From assembly GCA_963518235.1 (NCBI GenBank), contig CAUQIP010000007.1, positions 5,526 through 69,525 on the forward strand: a DNA stretch of 64,000 nucleotides, given 5' to 3'. Source of the DNA: an uncultured Streptococcus sp. (GTDB lineage Bacteria > Bacillota > Bacilli > Lactobacillales > Streptococcaceae). Both the position numbers and the translations under genes were made by a program. Every line of letters starts with the position of its first letter. Position 1 is the first letter of the stretch. The notes beneath the pieces are model-generated. The model saw nothing but the letters and a program-made list of their open reading frames with translations, was not told where the DNA came from and did not search any database. Shown piece after piece: positions 42,838-53,831 of this stretch.

Positions 42838-43440
42838 TTATTCCTCCTCAAAAGAAATCTCTGGCAACTGAGTAAGTATATCTTCTCGCTTAATGGCCCC
42901 TTGGCGTAAGATTTTCACCTTGTCTCCAGACAAATCTATAATAGTCGAATCTTGTCCAGTTAGAAAAGCATCGTCTTCCAAACCCAAAACCTCTTGGTCA
43001 AAATCCTCTAGAATTTGCTTAAATGTCACTCCACTTGCCTGACCTGAAATATTGGCAGACGGCCCAATCAAGGGACCTGTCTCTCGAATCAAATCAAGGG
43101 TAATGGGATGACTAGGCATCCGAAATCCAACAGTTGCAAGGCCAGAATTGACCCAATAGGGAACTCTGTCGTTTGCTTCTAAGATAATGGTCAAGGGACC
43201 TGGCAAAAAGGTCTCTACAAGTTTTGGTAGATAAGTTGGCTGATTCTTTGAAAAGTGCAAGATGTCCTCTAAGGATGCGATATTGAGATTGAGCGCCTTG
43301 TCTCTGGGACGACGTTTAATCTGGTATACATGATTAACTGCTTTTTCGTCTAGAGCCTTGGCAAAAAGACCATAAACTGTCTCTGTAGGTAGAACGACAG
43401 CTCCACCATTTTCCAACTCTTGTCTAATCCTGTCCATCAT
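42838..43440 (-). CDS. tsaC: L-threonylcarbamoyladenylate synthase (TsaC/YwlC/Sua5 family)
   Basis: VVLPTETVYGLFA and GPSANISGQ motifs. The start was set at MMDRIRQ and overlaps the prmC end. Confidence 0.8.
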   Translation of the reverse strand: MMDRIRQELENGGAVVLPTETVYGLFAKALDEKAVNHVYQIKRRPRDKALNLNIASLEDILHFSKNQPTYLPKLVETFLPGPLTIILEANDRVPYWVNSGLATVGFRMPSHPITLDLIRETGPLIGPSANISGQASGVTFKQILEDFDQEVLGLEDDAFLTGQDSTIIDLSGDKVKILRQGAIKREDILTQLPEISFEEE

Positions 43441-44260
43441 CAACGACAACCATCCTATCTTGACCAAACTGGTCCTTGAGCGTTCGAACTCGTCTTTCAG
43501 GAAGATGTTTCCTAAAAAGTTCAGGAACACTTTGACCTTGCTTGTATCCAATTTCAAGGTAAATCTTACCACCATCTTTGAGATAGTCTTTTGCATCTTC
43601 CGCAATTCTACGGTAAATAGCTAGGCCATCCTCGTCTGCAAAGAGGGCTAGATGAGGTTCTGAATGCAAAACATTCAAGCCTACCTCTGACTCATCTTCA
43701 CGAGAGATATAGGGTGGATTGGATACAATTATATCATATTTTTCAGAAATTTCTGCAAAACAATCAGATTTTTTAAAAAATATATTAAGTTTTTGATTTT
43801 TAGCATTCTCGCTAGCTACATCTAAAGCATCTTGGGAAATGTCTGCTGCTGTCACTGACCAAGCTGGTCTGTTTTTTGCTAGAGCGAGAGCAATAGCTCC
43901 ACTACCTGTTCCAATATCAAGAACCGAAAGATTTTCTTCATGATTTTCATCTAGTATAAGTTCCACCAACTCCTCTGTTTCAGGTCGAGGAATCAAAACA
44001 CGCTCATCAACTGTTAACTGCATACCAAAGAAATCTGCATGACCGATGATGTACTGGGCTGGTATATGAGTTACTAACTGCTGGTAAATCTCTTCTACAA
44101 ATTGTTTTTCTTTCTCTGTTAACTCTTGCTGGAGGGCAAAAACGAAATCTGTAAAAGAGAGATTTTTCAAGCTACGATAGACAAAAGAGAGGCTTTCTGC
44201 TTCCTCTCCTTGTCTTATCAACTCTTCTTCAAAATCTGAAAATAATTGAGCTAATTTCAT
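43424..44260 (-). CDS. prmC: Release-factor glutamine N5-methyltransferase
   Basis: VLDIGTGSGAIA SAM motif and the NPPY catalytic motif (IVSNPPYI). Confidence 0.9.
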   Translation of the reverse strand: MKLAQLFSDFEEELIRQGEEAESLSFVYRSLKNLSFTDFVFALQQELTEKEKQFVEEIYQQLVTHIPAQYIIGHADFFGMQLTVDERVLIPRPETEELVELILDENHEENLSVLDIGTGSGAIALALAKNRPAWSVTAADISQDALDVASENAKNQKLNIFFKKSDCFAEISEKYDIIVSNPPYISREDESEVGLNVLHSEPHLALFADEDGLAIYRRIAEDAKDYLKDGGKIYLEIGYKQGQSVPELFRKHLPERRVRTLKDQFGQDRMVVVDDGQD

Positions 44261-45339
44261 TATTTGTTTAATTCTTCTAATTTTTGTGTTTGGTCATAGA
44301 GCACCAAGGCATCTACAACTTCGTCCAATTTACCAGATAAAATGGTATCTAGTTTTTGGAGAGTTAAGCCGATACGGTGGTCTGTGACACGGTTTTGTGG
44401 GAAGTTATAAGTACGGATACGTTCTGAACGGTCACCAGTACCGATTGTAGACTTACGCTCAGCGTCTTGTTCATCTTGTGCGATCTGAGCAAAGTGGTCA
44501 GCAACACGCGCACGGATAATCTTCATAGCCTTCTCACGGTTTTTCTGCTGGGTACGTTCTTCCTGCATCTCAACCTTGATATTGGTTGGCAAGTGAACGA
44601 TACGAACGGCTGTCGCAACCTTATTGACGTTCTGTCCACCAGCACCAGAGGCATGGTAGATGTCGACACGAAGGTCTTTTGGATCAATATCGTATTCTAC
44701 TTCTTCCACTTCAGGCATGACAAGAACTGTCGCTGTCGAGGTATGAACACGGCCTTGGCTTTCTGTCACAGGAACACGTTGCACACGGTGAGCACCAGAT
44801 TCGTACTTAAGCTTAGAGTAAACAGACTGACCTGAAACCATGGCAACCACTTCTTTGAAACCGCCGACACCGTTCATAGAAGCCTCCATGACTTCAAAGC
44901 GCCAACCTTGAGCTTCAGCATATTTCTGATACATGGTCAGAAGGTCACCAGCGAAAAGAGCTGCTTCATCTCCACCAGCTGCTCCACGGATTTCAAGAAT
45001 GATATTCTTGTCATCGTTTGGATCTTTAGGAAGGAGCAAGATTTTCAGTTTTTCTTCGTATTCTTCTTTTTCAGCCTTGGCATCTTTGAGTTCTTGCTTG
45101 GCCATTTCTTCCAAGTCAGCATCTCCGCCTGATTCCTTAATCATCTCTTCAGCATCGACGATATTTTGAAGGACTTGTTTGTACTCACGGTAGGCTGTAA
45201 CTGTGTCACGAGTTGAAGCCTCTTCTTTTGAAAGCTCCATGAAACGCTTGGTGTCTGAAACCACATCTGGGTCACTGAGCAATTCTCCTAATTCTTCATA
45301 ACGGTCTTCTACAGCTTGTAGTTGATCATAGATGTTCAT
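44260..45339 (-). CDS. prfA: Peptide chain release factor 1
   Basis: PVT tripeptide ([10 protein letters not shown]) and GGQ motif ([10 protein letters not shown]); 359 aa. Confidence 0.95.
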   Translation of the reverse strand: MNIYDQLQAVEDRYEELGELLSDPDVVSDTKRFMELSKEEASTRDTVTAYREYKQVLQNIVDAEEMIKESGGDADLEEMAKQELKDAKAEKEEYEEKLKILLLPKDPNDDKNIILEIRGAAGGDEAALFAGDLLTMYQKYAEAQGWRFEVMEASMNGVGGFKEVVAMVSGQSVYSKLKYESGAHRVQRVPVTESQGRVHTSTATVLVMPEVEEVEYDIDPKDLRVDIYHASGAGGQNVNKVATAVRIVHLPTNIKVEMQEERTQQKNREKAMKIIRARVADHFAQIAQDEQDAERKSTIGTGDRSERIRTYNFPQNRVTDHRIGLTLQKLDTILSGKLDEVVDALVLYDQTQKLEELNK

Positions 45340-45355
45340 TTTTTCTCCTTATTTC

Positions 45356-45829
45356 TCAATTGTTAAAATCGTATATCGCTACTACTTCGTTCTCGGATAT
45401 TTCCCCAGTTTCTTTAAATCCATAACTGAGGTAACAAGATCTTGCATGTTCATTTTCCGGTTCATAAGACAACCAAAGTTTATTACTTAAACCTGCTGAC
45501 ACTGTCCGAACATAGTCTAGTACTTTATCCATAATTGGTTTAAAATATCCTTGATTTTGAAAATTCTTATCAATCATAAAACGAAATAGTAAATAATTTC
45601 CACTACTAATTCCGATCTTTTTATCATAAGCTATCATCACAAAACCTATAATTGCATCATTATCATAAACTGCCAATGGAGCTACAAAATCTCCATTTTT
45701 AGTGTAGACGTATGCTTCAGCTAAACTAATTGCGTTGGTTGCAATGAATTGTTTTTGATATTCCTTGACATCCAAATTCAAAACATCAAAATAATTTCCC
45801 ATTGTAACATCTCTTAGTTCAATTGTCAT
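45356..45829 (-). CDS. GNAT-family acetyltransferase
   Basis: 157 aa with an [11 protein letters not shown] acetyl-CoA-site-like motif. It overlaps the tdk 3' end by 11 nt. Confidence 0.7.
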   Translation of the reverse strand: MTIELRDVTMGNYFDVLNLDVKEYQKQFIATNAISLAEAYVYTKNGDFVAPLAVYDNDAIIGFVMIAYDKKIGISSGNYLLFRFMIDKNFQNQGYFKPIMDKVLDYVRTVSAGLSNKLWLSYEPENEHARSCYLSYGFKETGEISENEVVAIYDFNN

Positions 45830-46418
45830 AGTTTTGCTCCTTGTTAGAGGTTATCATTGGCGCAAAATAATGTTTACGGCAAACTGAGATATAGGTTTCA
45901 TTTCCACCAATCTGGATCTGCTCACCATCATAAACGGGCAGCCCATCCTGAGTACGCAACACCATGGTCGCCTTTTTCTTGCAATACTGACAGATGGTCT
46001 TGATTTCGTCAATCTTATCTGCTAAAAGCAAGAGATATTTAGAACCTTCGAACAGTTCATTACGAAAGTCATTTTTCAAACCAAAAGCCATGACAGGTAT
46101 GTCTAACTCGTCAACAACACGAGCCAGGTCGTAAACATGGTGACGCTTGAGAAACTGGGCTTCATCGACCAAAATACAGTAAGGTTTTTCTGGTAGATCT
46201 CGGATATAACCTAAGATATCCGTCGTTTCCTCAATCGCAATAGCTGGGCGCTTCATGCCTATTCGACTCGATACATAGCCAACACCGTCACGCGTATCCA
46301 GAGCCGAGGTCATAATCACAACACTTTTTCCCTGCTCCTCATAGTTATAGGCCACCTTGAGAATCTCAATCGTCTTTCCAGAGTTCATGGTCCCATAACG
46401 ATAATACAACTGTGCCAT
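45819..46418 (-). CDS. tdk: Thymidine kinase
   Basis: P-loop GTMNSGKT and C-terminal zinc motifs CxxC...C. Confidence 0.9.
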   Translation of the reverse strand: MAQLYYRYGTMNSGKTIEILKVAYNYEEQGKSVVIMTSALDTRDGVGYVSSRIGMKRPAIAIEETTDILGYIRDLPEKPYCILVDEAQFLKRHHVYDLARVVDELDIPVMAFGLKNDFRNELFEGSKYLLLLADKIDEIKTICQYCKKKATMVLRTQDGLPVYDGEQIQIGGNETYISVCRKHYFAPMITSNKEQNYDN

Positions 46419-46541
46419 GTTTCTTGCTTCACGTCCATTTCTAAATTTTTGCTACATTCTAGTATATCATAATTTTCTTAAGCTTTAAACGGCAAAATGT
46501 GGTAAAATAGAAGAAATCAAAAACTAGTGGAGGAAGCTATT

Positions 46542-46724
46542 ATGCCATTTGTACGCATCGATTTATTTGAAGGACGCACGCTCGAGCAAAAGAAAGCTCT
46601 TGCTAAGGAAGTAACGGAAGCTGTTGTTCGCAACACTGGAGCCCCTCAATCTGCTGTTCATGTCATCATCAACGACATGCCAGAAGGAACCTACTTCCCA
46701 CAAGGGGAAATGCGCACCAAATAA
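46542..46724 (+). CDS. 4-oxalocrotonate tautomerase family protein
   Basis: Begins MPFVRIDLFEGR (catalytic Pro1 after Met); 60 aa; RBS GGAGGAAG. Confidence 0.8.
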   Translation: MPFVRIDLFEGRTLEQKKALAKEVTEAVVRNTGAPQSAVHVIINDMPEGTYFPQGEMRTK

Positions 46725-46861
46725 GCTAGCTTAAGCAGAATTGCTTAGGCTTTTTCAATCTCCAAGTAGCATCCATTGAAGAAATAGTTCAAATTTGTTA
46801 CAATTTGAAAAGAGACTTGGAAAAATTTCCAAGAAAAGAGCTATTTATTAAAGGAAACATT

Positions 46862-48235
46862 ATGATTACACGTGAATTTGATACCATCGCTGCTATCTCT
46901 ACTCCACTAGGTGAAGGGGCTATTGGTATTGTCCGCCTGAGCGGAACAGAAAGTTTTGCTATTGCGCAAAAGATTTTTAAAGGAAAAGACTTGAGTCAGG
47001 TTGCTAGCCATACCCTTAACTACGGTCACATCGTTGACCCTCAGACAGGAAAAGTCATGGACGAGGTTATGGTTGGGGCTATGAAGTCTCCAAAGACCTT
47101 CACTCGTGAGGATATTATCGAGATTAACACCCACGGTGGGATTGCAGTAACTAATGAAATTCTCCAACTAGCTATCCGTGAAGGAGCTCGATTAGCTGAA
47201 CCTGGTGAATTTACCAAACGTGCCTTTTTAAACGGACGTGTTGACTTGACACAGGCTGAAGCTGTAATGGATATCATCCGTGCTAAGACTGACAAGGCCA
47301 TGAACATTGCAGTCAAACAACTAGATGGTTCCCTTTCTGACCTGATTAATAATACCCGTCAAGAAATCCTTAACACACTTGCCCAAGTTGAGGTTAATAT
47401 CGACTATCCTGAGTATGACGATGTTGAAGAAGCGACTACTGCTGTGGTCCGAGAAAAGACAATGGAGTTTGAACAATTGCTAACGAATCTCCTTAGAACA
47501 GCCCGTCGCGGTAAAATCCTTCGTGAAGGAATTTCCACTGCCATCATCGGACGCCCCAACGTTGGAAAATCAAGCCTTCTCAACAATCTTTTACGTGAGG
47601 ACAAGGCAATCGTCACTGATATCGCTGGTACTACACGTGATGTCATCGAAGAATACGTCAACATCAACGGTGTTCCTCTAAAATTGATTGACACAGCTGG
47701 TATCCGCGAAACGGATGACATCGTGGAACAAATCGGTGTTGAGCGTTCGAAAAAAGCCCTTAAGGAAGCCGACTTAGTTCTACTAGTGCTAAACGCTAGC
47801 GAGCCCTTAACCGCCCAAGATCGTCAACTCTTAGAAATCAGCCAAGAAACCAACCGTATTATTCTACTCAATAAAACAGATCTGCCTGAAGCGATTGAAA
47901 CTTCAGAACTTCTAGAAGATGTCATCCGTATTTCAGTTCTTAAAAACCAAAACATTGATAAGATTGAAGAGAGAATCAACAACCTCTTCTTTGAAAATGC
48001 TGGTTTGGTTGAGCAAGATGCTACTTACTTGTCAAATGCCCGTCACATTTCCCTGATTGAAAAAGCAGTTGAAAGCCTGCAAGCTGTTAATGAAGGGCTG
48101 GAACTAGAAATGCCAGTTGATCTACTTCAAGTTGATTTGACTCGTACTTGGGAAATTCTCGGAGAAATCACTGGAGATGCTGCTCCAGATGAACTCATCA
48201 CCCAACTCTTTAGCCAATTCTGTTTAGGAAAATAA
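46862..48235 (+). CDS. mnmE: tRNA uridine-5-carboxymethylaminomethyl modification GTPase
   Basis: N-terminus [23 protein letters not shown]-domain [18 protein letters not shown], and C-terminal FCLGK. Confidence 0.9.
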   Translation: MITREFDTIAAISTPLGEGAIGIVRLSGTESFAIAQKIFKGKDLSQVASHTLNYGHIVDPQTGKVMDEVMVGAMKSPKTFTREDIIEINTHGGIAVTNEILQLAIREGARLAEPGEFTKRAFLNGRVDLTQAEAVMDIIRAKTDKAMNIAVKQLDGSLSDLINNTRQEILNTLAQVEVNIDYPEYDDVEEATTAVVREKTMEFEQLLTNLLRTARRGKILREGISTAIIGRPNVGKSSLLNNLLREDKAIVTDIAGTTRDVIEEYVNINGVPLKLIDTAGIRETDDIVEQIGVERSKKALKEADLVLLVLNASEPLTAQDRQLLEISQETNRIILLNKTDLPEAIETSELLEDVIRISVLKNQNIDKIEERINNLFFENAGLVEQDATYLSNARHISLIEKAVESLQAVNEGLELEMPVDLLQVDLTRTWEILGEITGDAAPDELITQLFSQFCLGK

Positions 48236-48236
48236 G

Positions 48237-48270
48237 AAATCCATGATCGTTCAATCGGTCATGGATTTTA
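48237..48270. terminator. Bidirectional terminator between mnmE and dapA
   Basis: 13-bp stem AAATCCATGATCG/CGGTCATGGATTT flanked by A and T runs. Confidence 0.7.
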
Positions 48271-48279
48271 TTGTCTTTA

Positions 48280-49215
48280 TTAATAATCTGGTCTTAGGAC
48301 ACCTGTTACAGTTGCCTTAGTTGCTTCGTAGTCGCCATCTACGACAACTTTGATAATGCGTTTGGCATCTTCTTCTGGTGCCGGAACTAGAGGTAGACGA
48401 GTTGGTCCAGCTTCAAATCCCATATAGTTGAGAACTGCCTTAACTGGAGCAGGGCTTGGATAAGAGAAGAGAGCGTTGACCTTAGGAATGAATTTACGTT
48501 GAATAGCCGCTGCTTTCTTCATATCACTTTCTTCAATAGCAGTAAACATCTCGTGCATTTCATCCCCATTTGTATGAGATGCAACAGAGATAACCCCATC
48601 CGCACCAAGGTTCATGGCATGGAAAGCATCTCCATCCTCACCTGTATAAATCAAGAACTCCTCTGGCTTGTGTTCAATCAAATAAGCCATATTAGCCAAG
48701 CTAGTACATTCTTTGACACCAATGATATTTGGATGGTCAGCCAAACGAAGCATGGTTTCTGGAGTTAACTCGACAACCACACGCCCAGGAATATTATAGA
48801 TAATAATTGGTAGGTCAGAAGCATCTGCAATCGCCTTAAAGTGCTGATACATCCCTTCTTGAGAAGGTTTATTGTAGTAAGGTACGATAGCAAGCCCAGC
48901 TGCAAAACCACCAAATTCTGCTACTTCTTTGACAAACTCAATAGAGTCACGCGTATCATTAGTACCTACACCCGCAATCAAAGGAACGCGTCCATTGACA
49001 ATCTTTTGTACAGCCGCAAAGAGTTCCAACTCTTCATCGTGAGTCAAGGTTGGACTCTCAGCCGTCGTTCCTGCAAGAAGAATTCCATCCGTATGATGGG
49101 CCAATAAATGCTCAATTAAGGCTGGAATAGCATCAAAGTTGATGGAACCATCCTCGTGGAAGGGGGTAATGAAGGCCGTGATGATTTTACACTCTTTTAA
49201 ATCTTGATAAGACAT
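48280..49215 (-). CDS. dapA: 4-hydroxy-tetrahydrodipicolinate synthase
   Basis: 311 aa with DapA-like ITPF...GTTAESPTL and IYNIPGR motifs. Confidence 0.9.
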   Translation of the reverse strand: MSYQDLKECKIITAFITPFHEDGSINFDAIPALIEHLLAHHTDGILLAGTTAESPTLTHDEELELFAAVQKIVNGRVPLIAGVGTNDTRDSIEFVKEVAEFGGFAAGLAIVPYYNKPSQEGMYQHFKAIADASDLPIIIYNIPGRVVVELTPETMLRLADHPNIIGVKECTSLANMAYLIEHKPEEFLIYTGEDGDAFHAMNLGADGVISVASHTNGDEMHEMFTAIEESDMKKAAAIQRKFIPKVNALFSYPSPAPVKAVLNYMGFEAGPTRLPLVPAPEEDAKRIIKVVVDGDYEATKATVTGVLRPDY

Positions 49216-49270
49216 GAAAACACCTCTCTATTTCAAAGAAGGAGTTCATCTGAACTCCTAAACGATATGA

Positions 49271-50347
49271 CTATTTTAATTCAAATTTCAATTCGGCAGT
49301 TGGACGAACCAATCCACGTTCATGAAGAGTTTCTGCAATCTGAACTGAGTTCCAAGCAGCACCTTTGAGAAGGTTATCTGAAACAACCCACATGTGGATT
49401 CCTTTTTCAGCATCCAAGTCTTTACGGATACGACCAACAAAGGTATCACGTGAACCAACTGCATTGATGGCTTGCGGATAGATTTGATGAGCCACATCAT
49501 CTTCAAGAACAGCACCTGGGAAGGCTGCGATAGCTGCTTTTACTTCTTCGATTGGAGCCACTTCTTTTGTTTCGATGTAAACAGACTCAGAGTGAGCTGA
49601 CAAGACTGGAATACGCACACATGTTGCAGATACTGCAATGCTGTCATCTTCCATGATTTTCTTAGTTTCCTTAGTCATCTTCATCTCTTCGTAAGTGTAA
49701 TCATTGTCAGTGAAGACATCGATTTGTGGAAGAGCATTGAAGGCGATAGGATAATGTTTCTTGTCACCACCTGAAGGCAAGATTTCTGCATGTAAATCAC
49801 GTGGTTTCACTCCATCATTCAAGACTTCACGAAGTTCACGTTGTGTTTCAAGAATTGCTCCCATACCAGCACCTGAAACTGCTTGGTAAGTTGAAACAAT
49901 GATACGGTCCAAGCCCCATTTTTGGCGAACTGGCTCAAGAGCCACCATCATTTGAATTGTTGAACAGTTAGGGCAGGCAATGATACCGTTGTGGGCATCA
50001 AGTGCGTGAGCATTGACCTCTGGAACAACCAAAGGAACGTCTGGATTTTGACGGAAGTAAGATGTATTATCTACTACTACCGCTCCAGCTTTCACTGCGT
50101 ATGGTGCATATTTAGCTGATGTAGAACCACCTGCTGAAAAGAGAGCAATATCAACTCCTTCAAAAGCTGTTTCAGTTGTTTCTTCAATCGTAATATCTTG
50201 GTCTTTAAATTTCAAAGTTTTGCCTGCTGAACGTGCAGAAGCAAGTAAACGGATTTTTTCGATTGGAAGTGTTGATTCTTCCAACATTTTTATCATCTGA
50301 GCACCGACAGCACCTGTCGCGCCGACTACAGCAACTGTATATCCCAT
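49271..50347 (-). CDS. asd: Aspartate-semialdehyde dehydrogenase
   Basis: [11 protein letters not shown] Rossmann motif and active-site segment [10 protein letters not shown]; 358 aa. Confidence 0.9.
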   Translation of the reverse strand: MGYTVAVVGATGAVGAQMIKMLEESTLPIEKIRLLASARSAGKTLKFKDQDITIEETTETAFEGVDIALFSAGGSTSAKYAPYAVKAGAVVVDNTSYFRQNPDVPLVVPEVNAHALDAHNGIIACPNCSTIQMMVALEPVRQKWGLDRIIVSTYQAVSGAGMGAILETQRELREVLNDGVKPRDLHAEILPSGGDKKHYPIAFNALPQIDVFTDNDYTYEEMKMTKETKKIMEDDSIAVSATCVRIPVLSAHSESVYIETKEVAPIEEVKAAIAAFPGAVLEDDVAHQIYPQAINAVGSRDTFVGRIRKDLDAEKGIHMWVVSDNLLKGAAWNSVQIAETLHERGLVRPTAELKFELK

Positions 50348-50441
50348 AAATAACCTCTTTCGGAATTTTCTAAAAATTTCTATAATAGATGTATTATACT
50401 ACTTTTTCCATGAATTGCAAAGCTTTTTCATCATTTTTTGG

Positions 50442-50623
50442 AAAATAAAAATCCCCAGTCGCTAGACTAGGGACTAAGAGGCATCTTCATGTGATGAGCA
50501 GGTTCACACAACTCATCAAGGTCCGCTCCTGCGTTATGACCTCCTTATGCTCAATAGTAGTCCGAAGACTACCTATCGACTCATCGCATCTTCTATTCTA
50601 CTAAAGAGAATAACTTTTGTCAA
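50442..50623 (-). ncRNA. asd RNA motif (structured RNA upstream of asd) with its promoter and terminator
   Basis: TTGACA-N17-TAGAAT promoter (50623..50595), paired GAUGAG/CUCAUC segments, and terminator UCCCUAGUC-UAGC-GACUGGGGA plus a U-run at 50442..50473. Its position upstream of asd in a lactic acid bacterium matches the published motif as recalled. Confidence 0.6.
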
Positions 50624-50840
50624 CAGACGAAACTCTTTAGTTTTATTTACACAGGTGCATAAGAAATATAATAAATTGAAGTTGGAATAGTGCACCACAA
50701 TTGCTAAAACATTTCTAGAAATTAATTTGATTTCCCCAATCAATTTGTTCACATCTTATTTCAATCTACTATATCTTTGAAAAATTTGAGGCAAACATAA
50801 CAAAAACCCTTTTAAATCAAGGGCTTTTCTATCTATTTCA

Positions 50841-50913
50841 TGCTAATTGCCGGGATTGAACCGGCGACCTCATCCTTACCATGGATGCGCTCTGCCAACT
50901 GAGCTAAATCAGC
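50841..50913 (-). tRNA. tRNA-Thr (anticodon GGU)
   Basis: 73-nt cloverleaf GCTGATT-TA-GCTC-AGTTGGCA-GAGC-G-CATCC-ATGGTAA-GGATG-AGGTC-GCCGG-TTCAATC-CCGGC-AATTAGC-A. No CCA is encoded. A terminator hairpin lies downstream at about 50795..50830. Confidence 0.9.
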
Positions 50914-51012
50914 TTACCTAAAAAGTATACTACAGATAGAAAATCTTGTCAAGTTTTCTTAGAAATTTTCCATAAGAATAAGCCAGGTAATGACTACCCA
51001 GCTTGTCTAATT

Positions 51013-51522
51013 CTATTTGCTTAAATCGATTCGACGACCAATTTTACCAATAATAATCGCTCCAATAATTAATGAGGCAAATTCACCAATTCCTGTTGTG
51101 AACCAAGTAAGGAAAAATGGTAATTGTGCTACGATATTCAGCTCTGCAGCAATGGTAAACATGGAAATTGAAAAGAGGATTGAAAAGAAGAAATGATCTT
51201 TTCGAATCAATCCGTTAAAGAGGTAATCCTTTCTGTATTTTGCAAAAAGCCAAACACCTAGACTGAGAAATACCAAGGTTGATCCACCACCAACAAAGAC
51301 ATCTAGCAGTCCGAAGCTAAAGAAATTAGCAATCATACAACCGATGGTAACTCCGATGATGTACTTGGGATTGTAAAAAGCCATAAAATTCATCATTTCT
51401 GAAATACGGAACTGATAAGCACCATAGCTAATGGCATTTAGCGGCGGTGTGACAGTCAAAACGACGTAGATAGCAGCGACGATTGCAATATCTGCTACAT
51501 CACGAATAGTTAATTTTTTCAT
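51013..51522 (-). CDS. queT: Queuosine precursor transporter QueT
   Basis: 169-aa polytopic protein, preceded by a preQ1-II riboswitch. Confidence 0.8.
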   Translation of the reverse strand: MKKLTIRDVADIAIVAAIYVVLTVTPPLNAISYGAYQFRISEMMNFMAFYNPKYIIGVTIGCMIANFFSFGLLDVFVGGGSTLVFLSLGVWLFAKYRKDYLFNGLIRKDHFFFSILFSISMFTIAAELNIVAQLPFFLTWFTTGIGEFASLIIGAIIIGKIGRRIDLSK

Positions 51523-51590
51523 CTTTTCTCCTTTGGCGGGTTACCCACGTGTAATATGCTTGGTGAAAGAAGCTAAGCACCAAGGGTTGA
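51523..51590 (-). promoter_or_regulatory. preQ1-II riboswitch
   Basis: The RNA CUUGGUGCUUAGCUUCUUUCACCAAGCAUAUUACACG...AAAGGAGA, with the SD at its 3' end, matches the streptococcal preQ1-II aptamer as recalled. It lies immediately 5' of queT. Confidence 0.75.
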
Positions 51591-51645
51591 TTCAATCAAC
51601 CTTACTAGTATAGCACAATAACTTACTTTATGCTATACTTAATAC

Positions 51646-52077
51646 ATGGAAAAATGTATTCAAAAAATTTTTAACAATGAGATTTTTGCCTATCTCTTCT
51701 TTGGCTTTGCGACAACTCTAGTTTCTATTCTCTCACGACTAGTCATTTATCAGCTAACTCATAAAGAACTCCTCGCCACTGGACTAGCAAATAGTATCGG
51801 TATCCTCTTTGCCTTTATCACAAATGATACGATTGTGTTTAAACAAGCAAGGAAGAATCGACTTATCCGTTTAGTAAAATTTTCTCTTGCCCGCCTTTCT
51901 ACTTTTCTGTTAGATTTGCTCTTTACTTTTCTGTTTGTGACTCAGTTTCCTCACATCATAGGACAATTCGTAAATGAAAGTCTTGACAAAATCAATGCAA
52001 TCGAAACAGTTCTTGCACAAATATCAATAATTATTCTTAATTATATTCTAAGTAAGCTATATGTTTTTAAAAAATAA
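51646..52077 (+). CDS. GtrA-family membrane protein
   Basis: 143 aa with four hydrophobic segments and GtrA-like size. There is no SD, and the ATG lies 7 nt after an extended -10 (TGCTATACT). Confidence 0.7.
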   Translation: MEKCIQKIFNNEIFAYLFFGFATTLVSILSRLVIYQLTHKELLATGLANSIGILFAFITNDTIVFKQARKNRLIRLVKFSLARLSTFLLDLLFTFLFVTQFPHIIGQFVNESLDKINAIETVLAQISIIILNYILSKLYVFKK

Positions 52078-52159
52078 AAAATTTTGAGCATATATCTTGC
52101 AAGCTCTTCTTAATTAATATATAATTAAGAGTAAAAATTTTTTGAAAGGGAAAATGAAA

Positions 52160-52543
52160 ATGTTAAAAGATCTTAAAGCATTTTTGCTTCGTGGTAATGT
52201 TGTTGACCTTGCTGTCGGTGTGATCATTGCCTCTGCTTTTGGTGCTATCGTAACTTCATTCGTTAACGATATCATCACTCCACTTCTATTGAACCCTGCT
52301 TTGAAAGCTGCAAAAGTACAAAACATCGCTGAGCTTGCATGGAATGGTGTTACATATGGTAAATTCTTAAGTGCTATTATCAACTTCCTTGTTGTAGGTA
52401 CTGTTCTCTTCTTCGTTATTAAAGCTATGGAAAAAGCTCAAAGCCTTACTAAAAAAGAAGAAGTTGTTGAAGAGGAAGCACCAGGTGCACCAACTGAATT
52501 GGAAGTACTTCAAGAAATCAAAGCTCTTCTCGAGAAAAAATAA
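52160..52543 (+). CDS. mscL: Large-conductance mechanosensitive channel
   Basis: MLKDLKAFLLRGNVVDLAVGVIIASAFGAIVTSFVNDIITP is the MscL signature. The start was chosen at that ATG, but an alternative ATG exists 6 nt upstream. Confidence 0.9.
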   Translation: MLKDLKAFLLRGNVVDLAVGVIIASAFGAIVTSFVNDIITPLLLNPALKAAKVQNIAELAWNGVTYGKFLSAIINFLVVGTVLFFVIKAMEKAQSLTKKEEVVEEEAPGAPTELEVLQEIKALLEKK

Positions 52544-52583
52544 TCGATTAAAAGGATCTAGCGCAAAGCTAAATCCTTTTTCT

Positions 52584-53678
52584 TTACTCTTTTGGTAACT
52601 TACCTGCTTTCTCAAGCATTTTCTTGATAAGATAAGGCATCTTAACATTTTCCCGACCTTTTTTCTCAATCAGTTTTTTCACAAATTCTGGCATTTGTAA
52701 ATCTTGAGATTCGGCCAAGATATTTTTAGTCTCATCTGAAGGAACTAATTCATCAAAGGTTTCTTCTTCTGGGAGAAATTCCTTAAATTCTTGATGTTCA
52801 TTAGCTCTGACTGTATTAACCAAGGCATCAATCAAACGAGAATCTGTATTTGGCATTGGTGGACGATGGTAGTTCACCCCAAATTCTTGACACAAGTCAA
52901 AACATTCCACATCGTTGTCAAACAAGACTTCAATATGTTCACTGATGAAACTGATAGGAACAAAAATATAATGGTCTGGATGTTCTGTCTGTTCTCTAAG
53001 ATACTCCAAGACATCTGGCTTAATCCATGGAATACCTATATCACTCTCACTTTGCCAGGTGTTGGTGTATTGCTCGGAACTCAAACCTAGTTTTTCAGCA
53101 ACTAACTTGCTATTTTCAAAAATTTGGTCGATATAAGGGTCACCAAAATCCAAGGCAAAAATGGGTACACTATGGGCTGAAAAGATGACTTTAAAGCTAT
53201 CTTGCTTCACTTCTTCTTTTAAAATCTTAGCAATTTCATCTGCCCAATAGTTTAAGAGCGCTTCTTCTTGATACCAATCCTTAATAACTAAAAATTGAAT
53301 TTGCTTGCTTTCTAAAAATTTCTCGTATCCCATGACAGAGTAGAAAGAATAATGGGGCTCCAAAATCAAGCAAATACACTGCTCAACTCCGTCTGCTTCC
53401 ATCTGACTAATCACATCTGGAATAAAGGGTCTTGAAAACTTATTGGCAAAATAGACACTATACTCATTCCCCAGTCTAGCTTCTACCAAGGCAACTTCTT
53501 CTCGAGTAATTTTTTGCAGAGGCGTGCCCCCAATTCGTACATAATTATCGTAGAGAGTTTGAATCTCGTGGTCTTGAGGTCTCACCCCACGACGAATATT
53601 TGTGAAAAAATCAGCCACACCTTCAAAGGTAATCTCTTCTGGCGAACCGAAAGTCATCATTAAAATTGCTTTTTTCAT
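52584..53678 (-). CDS. hemH: Ferrochelatase-family protein (HemH/CpfC-like) with a C-terminal extension
   Basis: The N-terminus [11 protein letters not shown]...[11 protein letters not shown] aligns with Gram-positive ferrochelatases as recalled. At 364 aa it is about 45 aa longer than typical. Confidence 0.75.
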   Translation of the reverse strand: MKKAILMMTFGSPEEITFEGVADFFTNIRRGVRPQDHEIQTLYDNYVRIGGTPLQKITREEVALVEARLGNEYSVYFANKFSRPFIPDVISQMEADGVEQCICLILEPHYSFYSVMGYEKFLESKQIQFLVIKDWYQEEALLNYWADEIAKILKEEVKQDSFKVIFSAHSVPIFALDFGDPYIDQIFENSKLVAEKLGLSSEQYTNTWQSESDIGIPWIKPDVLEYLREQTEHPDHYIFVPISFISEHIEVLFDNDVECFDLCQEFGVNYHRPPMPNTDSRLIDALVNTVRANEHQEFKEFLPEEETFDELVPSDETKNILAESQDLQMPEFVKKLIEKKGRENVKMPYLIKKMLEKAGKLPKE

Positions 53679-53831
53679 AACTGCTTCCTTGTGATATTCT
53701 TATCAAGTATATTTTATCATTAATTTATTGATAAGTAAACGCTAACACAAAGAATTTCCCTAACTTCTGTCTTTTGTTTTTCTCTTCTTTCTATGATACA
53801 ATGGAAAAAATGAATTCAAAAGGAGTTTTTT

